Shown: positions 25,625-38,040 of the stretch, piece after piece
Numbering within the stretch: the first letter of the stretch is position 1
How the letters are laid out: every line of letters starts with the position of its first letter
Assembly (NCBI GenBank): GCA_951406725.2
Contig: OX597829.1
Coordinates: 57,226,001 to 57,290,000 of the forward strand
DNA from: Octopus vulgaris
Lineage: Eukaryota
Direction of reading: 5' to 3'
DNA length: 64,000 bases
The notes under the pieces: model-generated
What the model saw: only the letters and a program-made list of their open reading frames with translations
The model's database searches: none
What the model was told of the DNA's origin: nothing
Made by a program: the position numbers and the translations under genes

Positions 25625-26970
25625 AATTTTTTTAAAACAAAGTAAATAAAACACAAAAACACAAAGTAAGGATTGACTAGTCATGACTAGGTAGCGCGGA
25701 TGCGCGAGTGCGCACACCGGGACCACTCTTCTTAAGTAGTACCCGCGAAAACCGGTTTTTGACCGGTTTTGAGAATTACTTATACTTGAACTCAGTTTTG
25801 GAAATTATCGGTTTTTTGCGAACCCTAGTATGTATGTATGTATGTATGTATTTATGTATGTATTTATGTATAGACATGGGGACACACATACATAAATGTA
25901 TGCATACACATACACACAATTATAGGGTGGATACAAAATTACTAAATGGAGCAAGATGAAAAATTTCTGATTTCTCGTTATTTTCTCCCTCCCTGTCTGA
26001 AACCATTCCATCGCATCGTCATTTTGTATTGCTGCATTATATTCAGGAGCAGGAATTGGTCAGCATTGTTGTTGTTGTTGTTGTTGAAGATGGGAGAGTT
26101 TGAAACATAACCAGGTTTGCAGTTCCTCTTTTTTTAAGAAATTATCCCCCAACTTTGACCTGTTTCTAATTAAGGTTGCCAATAGAATATCTGGATAATT
26201 TTGGCTGTTTAACAATCTTAGTTGGATTTCCAAGTCAATTCCACCCCCACCCCGCCCCACACTAATGTCTGGTGATGTCTAAAACGGGGTAAAATGAGTA
26301 ATGTCTGGTTCTAATAGTTTCTTCTCTTTAACTTCAGGGTGAGTAAATTTATCAAGAAAAGAACCACTCCAGCAGATCGGGAAGAAGCTACACATGATAT
26401 TTCATGTTGATGTTTTAGATTTAGTTGAGTTTCATTGATTTCATATCTAGGTCATTTTTTATTTGACCTAGATATTTAAAATTTTTGTTGCCTTTTTTAA
26501 TCTTCCTGATGTCTAAGGACGGACATTGATGTGTAGGAGTCTTTTCCCAAGTGTAACTCTGCAGTACTGAACACACAAATTTAATTTGTTTTGTTTTACT
26601 CATTTTGCCTCTGTTAAGTTTGTCTTTTTGTCTTTTGTTCATGTTCCAAGAGAATGCAAATAATTTTCTGAAATAATCTTCTAAGTATGGTATGATGCTT
26701 TGAATGCATTCACGGAAGGCCATTTGCTTTGCTGATATAGTTTTCGTAAGCTAGTGAACATTTAAAAAAAAAAGAAGTTTTCTCAAAATCAAAAATGCAG
26801 TAAAAACACTTCATTTTACCTCCCTCTCCACCCCCTCTCTCTCTCTCTATATATATATAAATTAAAATAATAAGGGTAAAAATTGATATTCATTACATTA
26901 ATATCAATTTAAACCAGTGGCCTAGCATATTGAAAAAAATCTGAAGATTCAGAAAATTATATTACATACA

Positions 26971-27402
26971 TATAAGATGAATGACCACTAGGTGGACTTC
27001 TAATATGCTAAAGGTAGACCCCATATGGTCTGACCACTAAAGAAAAATTGGCAAACACCAGAACGTAAAGCGAGTAAGACAGATGAAAAGATACAAAATA
27101 TAGTGATTAGCCACACAGCATGGTTTCATTGTTACCATTCACTTTACGTAAATGTCTGAAAATCCTCAGTGGACCATCATAGAAAACATAAAGGATTTAA
27201 AGACATTTACGTAAAGTGAATGGTAACAATGAAACCATGCTGTGTGGCTAATCACTATATTTTGTATCTTTTCATTTGTCTTACTCGCTTTACGTTCTGG
27301 TGTTTGTCAATTTTTCTTGAGAACAATTTTTCTTAGTGGTCAGACCATATGGGGTCTACATTTAGCATATTAAGAATCCACTTAGTAGTCATTCCTCTTA
27401 TA
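26971..27402. repeat. Inverted repeat of about 190 bp between (TA)n tracts, probably PLE-derived
   Basis: Arms 26971-27157 and 27201-27402 with a 43 nt spacer. Confidence 0.8.
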
Positions 27403-27447
27403 TATATATGTGTATGTGTCTATATATATATATATATATATGTATAT

Positions 27448-27514
<67 letters not shown>

Positions 27515-27839
27515 AAGAAATAAAGTATTCAGAAATCTGGATGGTTTTATATTTACAGATTTTTATTAATATGTCACATGTTTTTATAAATCATATATTA
27601 GCGCTTGCATCCACTCTAGTGGATTCTTCAGATTGAATTTTTTGAGGAGATTCGTCTCTTTTTATAGTATCATTGAGTGAATAGGGGTGGAGAGAGATAT
27701 AGGATAGTAAAAGAGGGTGAGGAATGGGGAGAAAGTGAGAGAGGGTGTGTTTGTGTGTGTGTCTGTGCCTTTGTATCTGAACGGAGTGTCAATGGAAAAG
27801 AGAAGGAAAGGAAGAAGGAAGACAGAAAGAAGAAAAAAA

Positions 27840-28180
27840 TGTGTTTACTTCTATGCAGCTGGTCAGTTCTTTCAATAGAATGTGATTCTTAGCCTTTAGA
27901 AATGGCAAAACCAGATGGCTACTCCAAGTGGGGTTTCTTGTTTTGATAAAAGTTATTTTTCAAAAAGTTTCTGGATTTCTTTTTATCATTGTCCAGTGAG
28001 AGAGAGAGAGAGTGTGTGTGTGTGTGTGTTTACTTCTATGCAGCTGATAAGTTCTTTCAATACAAAATGATTCTTGGCCTTTAAAAACGGCAAAACCAGG
28101 TGGCTACTCCAAGGGGTGGTCTGGTTTTGATAAGTTATTTTTCAAAAAATTATCTGGATTTCTTTTCATCATTGTCCAGA
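27840..28180 (+). repeat. Local direct duplication of about 150 bp
   Basis: gtgtttacttctatgcagctg...tcattgtccag occurs at about 27841-27996 and 28025-28179. Confidence 0.75.
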
Positions 28181-28659
28181 AAGATACATACATCCATGTG
28201 TAAATGCAAACAAAAATGATGACAGCTGTAAACTCTTTGACGAGTATGATCATCACTGACAAAGCAATGTCTGTGCAAAAGTTCAGATCCAATAAGGCTT
28301 GCACAACATTTCATGGACCCTCTGTATCCTACTGACATGACCCAGAGACAAGCTGAGGCAAGATATCTTGTGCCAATATGGGCTGCAGGCTCAGGAATGC
28401 AAGAGTGCCGTGATCTCAAATGCAAGTAAAATCATCAAAATGCCCTGCAACACTCCCTGTTTTATATCAGAGTGAGCTTCTCCTTTAGCTAAAGCTAAGG
28501 AGTGCTTCACTCACAGTGGTCTTCCAGCTCAGCACACACCAACTCGGAATTTCTGAAGGTCCATGCTATTGCTAGATAGTCATTGAACCTACACTGGGTT
28601 CATCTGTCCTTTTGGCAGGTCTTATACACACACATCTTTTAACCACCAAGTCTCAAAGT

Positions 28660-29625
28660 GCATCCTTTCACCAAGTTTACAAACATGAGGCTGTTAACAT
28701 CATAAGACTTTGAAGGCAGCTCTTTGAGCAGCATTCCTTGTCTGATAACCTTAAATACATGCCCAAAGAAGTTGCACGACTCTACCGCAATGTATCATCA
28801 GATGAAATGATGAGCCTATATGAGCAGAAGACTATGCATGGATATGTTAGTAGAAAGCTCCGAAATGAGAGTAACATTGATCATCAAAGCAATCTATCAT
28901 GGACCAACAACTGGATTACTACCTTCCACTTAGAAGGGTATGCATTTGCCATCCAGGAACAGGAAAGATCAACCAAATATCTGATGCAAAAGGGACAGAG
29001 ATGCAGGAGAAATAGTAAAATGTGACAACCGATGCAGACTTTGTGGAGTTAATACTGAAGATATCACCCACATCATGTGCAGTTGTCTGAAAATATCATC
29101 ACAGTATTATCTACCGATGAGACACGATGTTGTAGCTAGGACACTGTATAATAAGATCCGTCAAAAGGATAACCCTGAGGACAAATAAATAAGGACCCAC
29201 AGTATGGTAGAGGCCATAGCCACTCATAATGAAAAGGAATACAGGTGGAATGTTCCAGTGAAGACTTCAACAAAATGTAAGCACAACAGACCTGATATAA
29301 TGATTTGGGATAGAGAAGAGAAACTGTGCACAGTTGTGGAAATTAACTGCCCAGTGGATGTTAACATAAAGCTGAAGATTAGTGAAAAAGAGAAAACCTA
29401 CACTGAACTATTGAGAAATCTACATTTACTCCATCCAGATTACAAGTTCATGTTTATACCTGTAATTGTTGTGGCCCTGAGATATGTAACACACTGCCTA
29501 AATACCAATGTTGAGGAATGAGGCTGCTCAAAACCAGAAAGGGGAAAGCTGATTTAAAGACAACAGATCCAGTCACTCAGTGGCAGAGTAAAAATCTGTA
29601 AAACTTTCCAGAAGTTTATCATTTG
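28660..29625 (+). mobile_element. R4/Dong-type non-LTR 3' fragment
   Basis: EGYAFAIQEQE, CRLCG...HIMCSC, RHD and HNRPDIMIWD (CCHC plus restriction-like endonuclease), with stops and frameshifts. Confidence 0.8.
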
Positions 29626-29758
29626 AATATATATATGAGCATGTGTTGATATGCAACAATATGCATGAGAATACATACATAAAACAAAACATACAAATCT
29701 GCATATACATACATACAAAAATAAACAATGACATATACATACACATATACGTATATAT

Positions 29759-29822
<64 letters not shown>

Positions 29823-30061
29823 ATAATGTTTATATCTCTCTCTCTTTCTCTCTTTTACTTGTTTCAGTCATTTGACTGCGGCCATGCTGGAGCACCACCT
29901 TTAATCGAGCAACTCGACCCCGGGACTTATTCTTTTGTAAGCCCAGTACTTATTCTATCGGCCTCTTTTGCCGAACCTCTAAGTAACGGGGACATAAACA
30001 CACCAGTATCGGTTGTCAAGCAATGCTAGGGGACAAACACAGACACACAAACACACACACC

Positions 30062-30107
<46 letters not shown>

Positions 30108-30109
30108 TA

Positions 30110-30258
30110 CGACAGGCTTCTTTCAGTTTCCGTCTACCAAATCAACTCACAAGACTTTGGTCGGCCCGAGGCTATAGTAGAAGACACTTGCCCAAGGTGC
30201 CACGCAGTGGGACTGAACCCGGAACCATGTGGTTGGTAGACAAGCTACTTACCACACA
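30110..30258 (-). mobile_element. tRNA-derived SINE, representative of more than a dozen copies
   Basis: TGTGTGGTAAG (A box)...GGGTTCAGTCCC (B box)...CCTTGGGCAAG core. Other copies near 950, 3370, 9165, 9930, 12740, 13845, 14930, 18475, 19285, 19920, 20795, 22065 and 48045. Confidence 0.85.
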
Positions 30259-30376
30259 GAAGGACAAAAGAAAAATTCTAATGTCAATTATGCCAAAAAA
30301 ATGACAAAATTGCCAGTAACCATTATAATTTAAGCGTCTCGAAACAAGCCGATAGAAATTTCTAAAAAATCCGTTA

Positions 30377-30437
30377 TTACTGTATTGGTCCCAATTTCGG
30401 GGTTAATTCATAAGAATTTTCCCCTCTTCAGCAATAA
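30377..30437 (-). ncRNA. Type I hammerhead ribozyme with intact core
   Basis: TTATTG-CTGAAGA-GGGG..CCCC-GAAA-TTGG-GA-CCAA-TA-CAGTAA. All three stems pair and the cleavage triplet is AUA. Confidence 0.8.
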
Positions 30438-30637
30438 ATACGTAAGACATAAATGTTTTGAGACGCATAAATTATAATGGTTATTGACAATTTTGTCTGT
30501 TTTTGGCATATTTGACATTAGAATTTTTCTTTTGCCCTTATTTTATAAGTTATTTATAAATTTAACCTTTAAAGGTATTTTTTGATATGCTGGCCATTGA
30601 TAAAATTAAAAAAAAAAAAATTTTATCCTACATTAGT

Positions 30638-30738
<101 letters not shown>

Positions 30739-30739
30739 A

Positions 30740-32512
30740 TAAAACGGTAAGATAACAAAAGAAAGAAAGAGACCTCAATATTATGTAAATAGAGGAAATT
30801 ATCTATACAATATGTTACATTACTCGGTAGTCAAGATAAAACTCTGAGTTTCAGATGCCGAAGTGGAAATCCACAACACCATCTCTTCGGTTATCTGGCT
30901 ATTTGAAAACGTTATGAAAAAATACCGTTAAAAATGAAGGGAAATTACTCTGTTATAACTCTGCTTTGCCTGCGTACTTATACATCGCTCGCATTTTTCG
31001 TCATAAAAATTATATAAAAATACATAAAAATATATAAAAATATATAAAATCTTCTTGGGACATAACACAGAAAGCATGTTCTATCCGTTTTCTTTAGGGG
31101 ACCAAAAACGTAACAGAAATTTAGTCACATGTGGGCATGATCCGAAAAGCTCTGTCCTTGTATTTAGACATGTGGTAGGGTCTAAGCTGCTTTTCCAGAT
31201 AAGCCATCTCTCCATGTCGCATAAACCGCACCTTCCGCTGCCGTTAGTGTAGGGCTTACATCTGGCCAAAATCTTCCATTGTATGTTATAATCGACACCT
31301 TTATCTCTTAAAGACCAAATATGATTGGATAATTGTGTCGCTTTTCTTTTGTTCCAGTGCCTAAAGCTCAAAGTGTGGTTATTGAACCTGGCCTTGAAAT
31401 TGCCCTCTGTCAGGCCCACGTATTTCTTCGTCGAAACGGTGTCTTTAGTGGTTATAGAGTTTACGGTAGCTTCATATATGATGGTCTTGGACATGCAAGC
31501 TCCATTTAGCGGGCACAATTCTTTATTCCTGCATGAACAGCTGTTTTCTTCTTGTGTTTTTTGTATGTTATGATTGATTATGTTTTTAAAATTGGTAGTT
31601 GAACTAAAACTAATTTTTAAATTGTGTCTATTGAAGAGTTTCCTATAAGCATGGTTAACTGGAAAATGTCTATATATCAGTGCTAGGAAATATTTACCTA
31701 TATTGAAGGCCACCTCGGGTGAGTAAGGGGGCGTAAACCAGATGACCTTCCTATTTCTATTATTCCTTTTCCTTACTGTTGGGCTGGTGATAGGTGTATA
31801 TTTTATTTTTTCGCTAAAACCACTATCTTTTAAAGCTTTATTATAAACTGGGGCAACGCTATTGAAGATGTCCTCATTAGATGAGAGGCTAGAAATCCTC
31901 TTACTAATATTTTTAACTAAATTTTTGAATACTATAGGGGGATGGCATGAACCTACATTAATATAACTTAGTCTATCATTGGGCTTCCTATAAGGCTTAT
32001 AAATATTATTATTAAGATCTAAGGAAACGTCTAAGAAATTGACAACCGTCAGGTTAGTGTCTATAGTTATACTAAGTCCGAAGTGTTTCATTAACTGGAT
32101 AATATCCTTCCTAAAACGATCTTGTGCTGGTCCATTTGTATTAGCTGTTAAGGCGAGGGCATCATCTTTGTAGATGGCGAAATGTACGTTAGGGAATGTC
32201 TTACCGAAGGTATCTAGGAGAAAGAGTCCAATTAGATCACAGATGCCTGCCCCATCATATGAACCCATGCTCACATCGAAAGCGCCCTCCGTGTCGGTGT
32301 TTTTTACCCACTTTGCATTCTCACTGAAAAGTAATGTCTTTCTAGCATGGAAGATTATATACTTATCATTGGTACTAATTTCTATGAAGTCACTAGCGAA
32401 GATTAGGGCTTTATCTAGCAGTTCTTTAGAGATAGAGGCATAAAAATCAACAATATCGAATTGTGTAAACCTCGCTTTTTTCTTATTCTTAATAGCTTTA
32501 AACTTAATAGCT
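30740..32512 (-). mobile_element. Penelope-like element, 5'-truncated, with RT, GIY-YIG and 3' pseudo-LTR
   Basis: RT motifs FDIVDFY, MGSYDG and YKDD. GIY-YIG motifs IIYEA...YVGLT...KARFNNH, CGLCDME and LNTRTE. Ends at (TA)n. Confidence 0.92.
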
Positions 32513-32553
32513 TTGGACGGTTCAACAGGGTCTAGGAAGCCAGAAGGCTGCAC
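31081..32553 (-). CDS. Penelope reverse transcriptase / GIY-YIG endonuclease ORF (490 aa; first residues come from the adjacent RTE 3' UTR)
   Basis: Uninterrupted ORF with the catalytic aspartates present. Confidence 0.75.
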   Translation of the reverse strand: MQPSGFLDPVEPSKAIKFKAIKNKKKARFTQFDIVDFYASISKELLDKALIFASDFIEISTNDKYIIFHARKTLLFSENAKWVKNTDTEGAFDVSMGSYDGAGICDLIGLFLLDTFGKTFPNVHFAIYKDDALALTANTNGPAQDRFRKDIIQLMKHFGLSITIDTNLTVVNFLDVSLDLNNNIYKPYRKPNDRLSYINVGSCHPPIVFKNLVKNISKRISSLSSNEDIFNSVAPVYNKALKDSGFSEKIKYTPITSPTVRKRNNRNRKVIWFTPPYSPEVAFNIGKYFLALIYRHFPVNHAYRKLFNRHNLKISFSSTTNFKNIINHNIQKTQEENSCSCRNKELCPLNGACMSKTIIYEATVNSITTKDTVSTKKYVGLTEGNFKARFNNHTLSFRHWNKRKATQLSNHIWSLRDKGVDYNIQWKILARCKPYTNGSGRCGLCDMERWLIWKSSLDPTTCLNTRTELFGSCPHVTKFLLRFWSPKENG

Positions 32554-35500
32554 CAGGCCCAGTCTGATCTGGCACTGTTTCTACAGCTGGATGCCCTTCC
32601 TAACGCCAACCACTCCGAGAGAGTAGTGGGTGCTTTTTACGTGCCACCGGCACAGGTGCCAGACGAGGCTGGCAAACGGCCACGATCGGATGGTGCTTTT
32701 TACGTGCCACCGGCACGGGGATCAGACGAAGCTGGCAACGGCCACGGTCGGATGGTGCTTTTTACGTGCCACCGGCACAGAGTCCAGTCGGGCGGCGCTG
32801 TCAACGGCCATGTTCGGATGGTTCTCTTACGTGCCACTGGCACTGGTATCACAGCGACAAATTCTATTGATGTTGATAGATTACGATTTTGATTTTGATT
32901 TTCACTTGCCTCAACAGGTCTTCACAAGTAGAGTTTTGTGTCCCAAGAAGGAAAGGTATGCATAAATGGACTGGCTACATCCCAGGTGTAGGCCACAGGA
33001 TTATGGCCTCACTTGTCCTGCCGGGTCTTCTCACGCACAGCATACTTCCATAGGTGTCGGTCTCTAGTCATTTCCTCGGTGAGACCTAAAGTTTGAAGGT
33101 CGTGCTTCACCACCTCGTCCCAGGTTTTCCTGGGTCTACCTCTTCCACAGGTTCCCTCAACCGCTAGGGTGTGGCACTTTTTCACACAACTATCTTCATC
33201 CATTCTCGCCACATGACCATACCAGCGCAAACGTCTCTCTTGCACACCACAACTGATGCTTCTTAGGTCCAACTTTTCTCTCAAAGTACTTACACTCTGT
33301 CGAGTATGAACACTGACATTATACATCCATCGGAGCATACTGGCTTCATTTCTTGCGAGCTTACGCATATCCTCAGCAGTCACAGCCATGTAGCATGGCT
33401 GTTCGTACACGTGCGTCATACAGTATGCCTTTTACTCTGAGCGAGAGGCCTTTTGTCACCAGCAGAGGTAAGAGCTCTCTGAACTTTGCCCAGGCTATTC
33501 TTACTCTAGCAGTTACACTTTCAGTGCACCCGCCCCCGCTACTGACTTGGTCACCTAGGTAACGGAAGCTATCAACTATTTCTAGTTTTTCTCCCTGGAA
33601 TGTGGTGGAAGATGGTCTCTGCGTATTTTCAGTGTTTATTACTCCCGAGCATCTGCCACATACAAAAACTATTTTCCTAGTTAGCCTTCTTTTGACGTTG
33701 CTGCACCTCTTATGTGTCCATAGCTTACACTGGGTACATCTTATAGAGTTTCTACCTACGCCTTTTCTACAGATCGAGCAGGGCCATCTACCTGAGGGTG
33801 TTTGTGATTTGTCTACCTTCCTACTTATTAGAACTTTGGTTTTAGCTAGGTTGACTCTTAGGCCCTTCGATTCTAATCCTTGCTTCCGCACCTGAAACTT
33901 CTCCTCCAGTTCTGATAGTGACTCAGCAATTAGAGCAAGGTCATCAGCATAGAGGAGCTCCCAGGGGCATCCTGTCTTGAATTTCTCCGTTATTGCCTGG
34001 AGGACTATGATAAATAGGAGGGGTCTGAGGACTGAGCCTTGGTGGACCCCAACCTCTACCCGGAATTCTTCACTGTACTCGTTGCCAACCTTCACCTTAC
34101 TAACAGCATCCCTGTACATGGCTTGTACAGCTCTCACTAACCATTCATCTATCCCTAGTTTCCACATTGACCACCAGATAAGGGATCGGGGGACCCTGTC
34201 AAAGGCTTTCTCCATGTCGACGAAAGCCAGGTACAGGGGCTTATCTTTGGCTAGGTATTTCTCCTGCAGCTGTCTCACCAGAAATATGGCATCAGTGGTG
34301 CTTTTCCCTGGCATGAACCCAAACTGCATCTCATCCAAGTTGACTCTCTCCCTAATCAGTTGGGTTATGACCCTCTCCGTAACCTTCATTACCTGATCCA
34401 ACAGCTTGATACCTCTGTAATTACTTGTATCTAGGGCATCACCTTTACCTTTGTAGCAGTTGACTATTATGCTGCTACACCAGTCATCAGGAATGACTCC
34501 TTCGTGTTTTCACCTGGTTAACTATACGGGTGACTAGGCTATAGCTGACACTGCCAGATATTTTGAGAATCTCCGCAGTAATTCCTGATGGGCCTGGGGC
34601 TTTCCCTGTCTTCATGCTTCTAATTGCCTTAACTACCAAAGAACTGTCAACTCAGATAGCTGGTCCCTCTGTTGGGTTGACATTCGGCAGACTCTCTTTA
34701 TCCCATTCATTTTCTTTATTGAGCAACCTTTCATAGTGGCATCTCCAAACCTCTCTCTTTGCATCCTCATTTAGCGCAAGTGAACCATGATCCATGCGAA
34801 CACATTTCTATCCTACCACATCACGATTCTCCCTCACACACTGTCTTGGAGCACGAAATACCTCAAGTCTTTCATCCTCACGGCGCAGAACATTGGCAAA
34901 TTTTTTCTTATCTGCTTCCCCTCTGGCTAAATAAACCTGTCTCCTAGCTTCCCTTCAGGCAGTGTGATACAATTCCCTGCTACCTCCGTTCTTCCAGTCC
35001 CTCCAAGCCTGTTTCTTTTGTCTAATAGCCCTGTCAACCACATTGTTCCACCACCACGTTACCCTGGGTTGAGATGGGACTTTGCTCCATCCACATATCT
35101 GGTCAGTGGCTCTCAGCAGATTGTCCCGTAGAAACCCAGTTGTCTTTCACATTATGTGAAGCTATATCCCCTTCTATTTCATCGAAGACTTCGAGTAGTA
35201 CGTCTCTAAATCTGTCCACTTGCAGGATCTTTAAGTTTCCAGACCCTTCTCCGCCAAGCTGGTCTTCTTCTAGGCAACCATTTAGCTCTGATCCTGAAGT
35301 CGCTAACTACTAATCTATGTTGAGGAGTACATTCTTCGCCTGGGAAGGTTTTGGCATTTATAAGCAGCCCTCTTTCCTTCTTTCTGGCGAGGATGTAGTC
35401 AATCTGGCTGGTGTGTCTAGGTGAGAGGTGGGTTTCCTGCAGTTGGTATTGCAAACCATAAGGTCATTTGCATCGCAGAACTCCAGCAGCCTGGTTCCCT

Positions 35501-35860
35501 CCTCATTACGAGAGCCAAAACCGTAGCCTCCATGAACGCCATGGAAGCCCCCGACATGCCGTCCAACATGTCCATTGAAATCCCCTGCCACAAAGAGAAG
35601 GTCCCTGTCATTCGTCAACACAGTAGTCTGCAATAGGGTGTCAGAGAATCGGTCTTTCTGTCCTTCCGGTAGCCCTGATTGAGGGGCATATGCTGAGATG
35701 ATGGTAGCTGACCTATGGTGAAGCGCTAATCTAATCTTAAGTACTCTGTCACTTACTCTGACTACCTTGATTACCTTATCTACCCATTTCTTCGCAAGAA
35801 GTATACCCACGCCCCCGATCCCGTCAGTGTTCCCTGCCCAGAAAATCTTGTACCTGTGTT
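32513..35860 (-). mobile_element. RTE-clade LINE, 5'-truncated and frameshifted
   Basis: AP endonuclease motifs (GVGILL, SAYAPQ, AGDFNGHVG, IDYIL, QHRLV). RT motifs (QFGFMPG, VDMEKAFD, GVHQGS, YADD, FRYLG) with a PHD-like Cys insert. C-terminal RLRWYGHV...GRGRPRKTW. Confidence 0.95.
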
Positions 35861-36916
35861 CTTTATATATGTATATGATGTTGGTGCTGATGTTTTTGGT
35901 GTGTGATTTTGTGTTGAATCTCTGGATCTTATCGTCATATATTATCGCCTTCAATTTGGGGCGACCTCTGTTTGTGTTTGATTCTTCCTTTTATCCCCCA
36001 GTAAAAAGACCTTTTGGAGCAATTTCAGCAGACCTTCATCTCATAACGTGGCCTTTGCTTTGGTGAGGCCTAAGTCAGAGGAAAATGGTGTGTGTGTGTG
36101 TGTGTGTGTGTGTTTGTTTTTGTGTTTTCACGAACTGTATGAGGAACGGGTCTTTCGGTGAAGTTGGTAGTAACGATGGAGAACGTTGTGCTTCTACCAC
36201 CGCGGGGCAGAAAGCTTGGGGGTAGTTTGAGTTTACACACACAAAACATTTGAGTCTGCCGTCTATTAACAATGGCATCTGCTTGTTTTCTCCGAAACTG
36301 AAAAAAAGCAGGAGCGCGTGTGGACTCCTCGGAAGCAACTGGTATCTGGAATTCCATAAGAATCCCAGTGTTGAGTTGGGCTGGTGGTGGTGTTGGTGGT
36401 GGTGGTGGATTTCACCTCCACAATTTCCCGGCGCTCCTCGCCGAATCGATGAGTTGATACGTTCTTGAATCGAATTCAAATCAACCTTGTATTCATATAA
36501 AAGGGAATTAAATAAAAGTCTGGGAAATGCATGTTGTTGTTGTCATTCTTCGGGCTTCTTATTCGTTACTGCATATGGCTGTCACTGTGTCATACTCTAT
36601 CCCTTTATATATATGTAGCAGTAGGATCCTCACATCTTCGAGGCATTTTTCAGTTTCAACCGCTGAAGCAAATTAAAATTTCTTGTTCTTGCGAGAGGCT
36701 CACTTAAAGATAATCGTTTTCCGACGAGAATTTGTTTTTAGCCTTCCTTACTAAAGAACATAACTCGTGGTTTCATAACATCATTTTTAATTTTTGTTTT
36801 GGAGGGCCTTTTCTTAAAGAAATTTTAATTCATTAAAATTGTATGCTTAGAAAATATTCCAGGCGTGCACCCCCTCCCACCTTTGTTTCCAACGTAACTT
36901 TCAGGAAAATGGATAT

Positions 36917-37250
36917 TTACCCCGCGCGCGTAAGCGAAAGCAGGGTATTGCAGTCGTTCGTCTTTGTTTGTGTGTTTGCAAAATTACTGGAAACTGGCTG
37001 AACGGATTTTCAACAAATTTGGCAGAAATCCTCATTGGGTGAGTGTCTTGAACTCATTAAATTTTGATTTGGTGAATCAAATGTCTTTTCCTTTTTTAGA
37101 TGTGCATAAACGATAAGCAGGGGAAATAACTCTTGATGTAATTTTGTTGAAATTTGATTTCGTCTGAGAAAATAGTTATTAAATTAAATTTCATTTTATC
37201 CTTGAGTGCGCATCGGGTATGCATCGCCCTTCTGATGCCGTTTTTTATCT
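36917..37250 (+). mobile_element. Helentron-type non-autonomous element (HINE / DINE-1-like)
   Basis: 5' TTACCC...GGGTAT short inverted repeat, then a GT-rich microsatellite, and a 3' GGGTAT plus GCATC/GATGC hairpin. Inserted in a T run with no TSD; the empty site is visible in the paralogous repeat near 13710. Confidence 0.7.
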
Positions 37251-37779
37251 TTAACGAAATTTTTCAAAAATACATTTCTGATGGTGTAGATTATAATTAA
37301 CCAGATGGGTAAAATAAAAGAAGAAGAGAGAGAGGAGAAAAAGTTGTGTTTTAGTTACGAAAGGTAATGATTTTAGTAAAAAAATGAAAGACACACACTT
37401 TTTCTCGCCATGAGGACGGACGTATTTGAAGAATTGAAGAACGAAAGTGTTTACACACAATACAAAACCTTCATTCAAAAAGGTTTGTTCCTTTATTTCT
37501 ATAAGACTGTTATTAAATAGTTAATAACTTTTAAGCAAATCTTTCTTCAAACATTGAGTATTAAAAAAAAATCTTATATATATATATATATATATATATA
37601 TAACTTATTTCAGCTCCAACTGACAGCCATTGACCTTATGTTCCGCTGAGTGCCGCACTGGAACTCAAAACTAGGTCGACGGAACTCTGACCATCATATA
37701 TCATTATCATTGTATCATGTTACGAAGTTTGCCAAAAAAACAAACAAAAAAAAAGTTCCAACTTTCGAAGTCTTTGTTG

Positions 37780-38040
37780 AAACAAGAAATTCAAAATATT
37801 TCTGCCTAATTGTCTTCCAAACGGGGCTCAAATACACTGAAATCGAAAGAACGTGGCATCTCAAGGCGGTTTCAATACCAGTGATTGAGGAACACTTGGA
37901 ATTATCAAAAAAGAAGCTGAAGATTATTCGAGAACGATCCCTGGTTCACCATCTCTGCAGGAAGTCACATGTATTGAGAAGAGCATTGCCGCTGTGAGAA
38001 CAGTTACCATCCATGTAGATGATTTTTTTCCCACATAACT
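37780..38040 (+). mobile_element. R4/Dong-type 3' relic
   Basis: EIERTWHLKAVSIPVI...SHVLRRAL matches the ORF at 57961-58458. Confidence 0.65.

Noticed and set aside
26421-26723. 100 aa ORF as a host gene
   Set aside because: It contains FKYLG and looks like a decayed LINE RT fragment, with no splice support.
27600-27640. Minus-strand hammerhead (CTGAAGA-ATCCAC..GTGGAT)
   Set aside because: GAAA is replaced by GCAA and stem III is unclear, so it is at most a dead relic.
32627-32850. CRISPR-like array of about 29 bp repeats with spacers
   Set aside because: The spacers are homologous to each other, the array lies in an RTE 3' UTR in eukaryotic DNA, and there are no cas genes.
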